A DNA stretch of 64,000 bases from the NCBI GenBank assembly GCA_016748015.1, contig JAAOMT010000710.1, positions 620,001 to 684,000 on the forward strand. The letters run 5' to 3'. Below the pieces are notes generated by a model that saw only the letters and a program-made list of their open reading frames with translations, made no database searches and was not told the origin of the DNA. Numbering within the stretch: position 1 is the stretch's first letter; every line of letters begins with the position of its first letter. The DNA is from Geosiphon pyriformis uo1. Its lineage: Eukaryota > Fungi > Glomeromycota. Shown here one piece after another: positions 62,118 through 64,000 of the stretch. The position numbers were made by a program, and so were the translations under genes.

Positions 62118-64000
62118 ATGCAGCCCAAGGAGGAGTCGCAAATCCCGCGAAAGGTCAAAGAAATGCCAGAAGCTTTGACTGCTCATGATTCAATTATAAA
62201 TGTCCGTAAACCTGGCCAAGGGACAATTCCAAAAGCTCATTCAAACCCTATCAACAACAACAAAACGCACTTAGCTCAACCAGAAAAGAAAACTTCTTCA
62301 AGAAAGAATAATAAGACGCGAGAACCTAAAAGTGGGAAAAAATCCCATGAGAATGCCTTAAAAGAAAGTGCTAGCATCCTTGACAAGAAAAACTCTCGCG
62401 TCAGGAAACCGGTACAATCGTCACGAAAGAAAAATGCAAAAGAGAATTCAAAGCCTTTGTCTCCTCTTAAAGCAATCGAAAACGCCAATGAAAGCGATAA
62501 GTCAGCAGGTGAAGAAGCTCCTATAAATCTTCTTGAACAAGTAAACATAGTGGACGCGCTTGCTATATACGAGAAAGAGAATGAGGTGAATGTTTTTCTT
62601 TTGCTAATATTCCTTTTTACACTTATCACTTTCACTTTAGTAATATGTTGATTTTAGAAACCTTATCAACTCATGGATCCATGGATTCTTGAAGGTATAA
62701 TATGAGAAACAATTTTATTCTTCTCGGATTCTCGAATGTTATTTGATTCGCCTTAATGATTTTAGATATAGTGGCTGGTGTTACTGATCCCACCAAATGG
62801 TTAAAACCGTCACCAAAACGCAAGGTAGATATCCTTAAAAGAAAGATAATGCTTTTCTGTTCAAGTCTTCAATATCTCATAGAATATTGTTCCTCAGGCT
62901 TGCGATGAACACTCTTCATCCGCTCCAGATCCCAAAAGGTCATATCTTGCTTGGCCTAAATTACTATGTCCTTAAATCTCCCTCTGACTTATCAAACCTT
63001 TTTATTTTAGGTCAGCGATGAAAATAGTTAATTCTCACTACATCATATCAACTCCCTGAACCAATACAATCAACAATTGATTTCAACAGGAACACACAAT
63101 CAACGAAAGGTTTGAAATTAAAACGTCCTCAGCAACCGGCTTTCTGGTCTGGCAAGTCTGAACCTAAACACAGGGACGTCACAAATTCTAATTTTATTTC
63201 TGATGGAATCCTTAATACCGATACAAATGAGATTTCTCTAACTACTGGTAACGAGGAAATAAATGTAGAAAATATTGATTCCTTAAAGTTATCTGCATAT
63301 GGTGCACTAGATGAGAATTCTTTATCCGCTGCAAACACAAAGAAATCACCTATCGCTGAACCAATACAAACTATTGTTGACTCAGATATGGACGCAAGAC
63401 GAAAACAAAATCTGAGATTGAAGCGTGCTTCGCAACCTCTATCTTTAGGTGGGTTCGAAGTCAACGCTAATATTGACATAAAGGACGATTCTAATTATTA
63501 TGGGGAGGCCAAAATTGATGCCAATGAGATCCCTTTACTAACGGCTAAAACTGAGGAAATAAATGCAGAAACGGTGAAAACCACAAAAATATTAGCATTT
63601 GGTGTACCTGAGCATAAATCTTATCCGATAAAAAAAGGAAATAGGTCTTATTATGTCATGAATCAAGCGATACATTCGGTTAATTCAAAATTGGCGATTC
63701 CCACTGTACTGGATGATTGGACAATCAAAGATCATGTTCGAATATCGTCCAAGAAGCCTTTTACCTTTGATGAACTACTTGTTTACACTAGTGATTTCCG
63801 TCGTAATCGGATAGGCACACCCAAAGATTTTGAGCTCGAGGTACGTGTATATTATTAATTAATCAGGATTTGATATAGATTCCCTAGTAAAACTTTTGTC
63901 TCATGTTTATCAAGGAATCTCGATATTATGAGTTTAGAGACTGCTTAAAATATTGGATTTACCCACAAAACGAACTTTACGCCTTGGTGGAACGAAATAC
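62118..64000 (+). CDS. DONSON: DONSON-like replication protein, multi-exon, continues beyond window
   Basis: Long disordered N-terminus, then PTVLDDWTIKDHVRISSKKPF and next exon FRDCLKYWIYP, in the same order as the DONSON motifs I recall (P.DWS.K...F.S..PF and FQQSL.YW.HP). Confidence 0.65.

Overview
Eukaryotic, AT-rich fungal DNA with short GT-AG introns. By inference it is a Glomeromycota (arbuscular-mycorrhizal-type) nuclear scaffold. It contains five N-gaps. Positions 1-55.9 kb are a nested transposon cluster with at least seven Ty3/Gypsy-type LTR retrotransposons (A-G) and three LINE pieces. Three Gypsy elements are cleanly nested with 4-bp TSDs: D 25301-53237 (-) contains E 30136-47889 (+), which contains F 34489-42349 (+). 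Positions 56.2-64 kb hold two intact host genes head-to-head: AP-3 delta adaptin (-) and a DONSON-like gene (+). Most interesting points: (1) A ~6 kb island (18490-24439) sits inside a Gypsy pol. It carries a truncated HTH gene, an intron-containing REase+kinase (Crinkler-like) gene, and three ORFs that read through only if TGA=Trp (genetic code 4). These are a eukaryote-type Sola1-like transposase and two Mollicutes-like genes, pointing to DNA traffic between the fungus and Mycoplasma-related endobacteria. (2) The Gypsy elements share an unusual three-cistron layout: gag-PR-Cys-rich-dUTPase-RT-RNaseH, STOP, a separate integrase ORF, then a separate unknown ORF3. (3) Their otherwise dissimilar LTRs keep a covarying 8-bp hairpin with a palindromic TGATCA loop. 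All family assignments come from motif recognition by eye; no searches were run.
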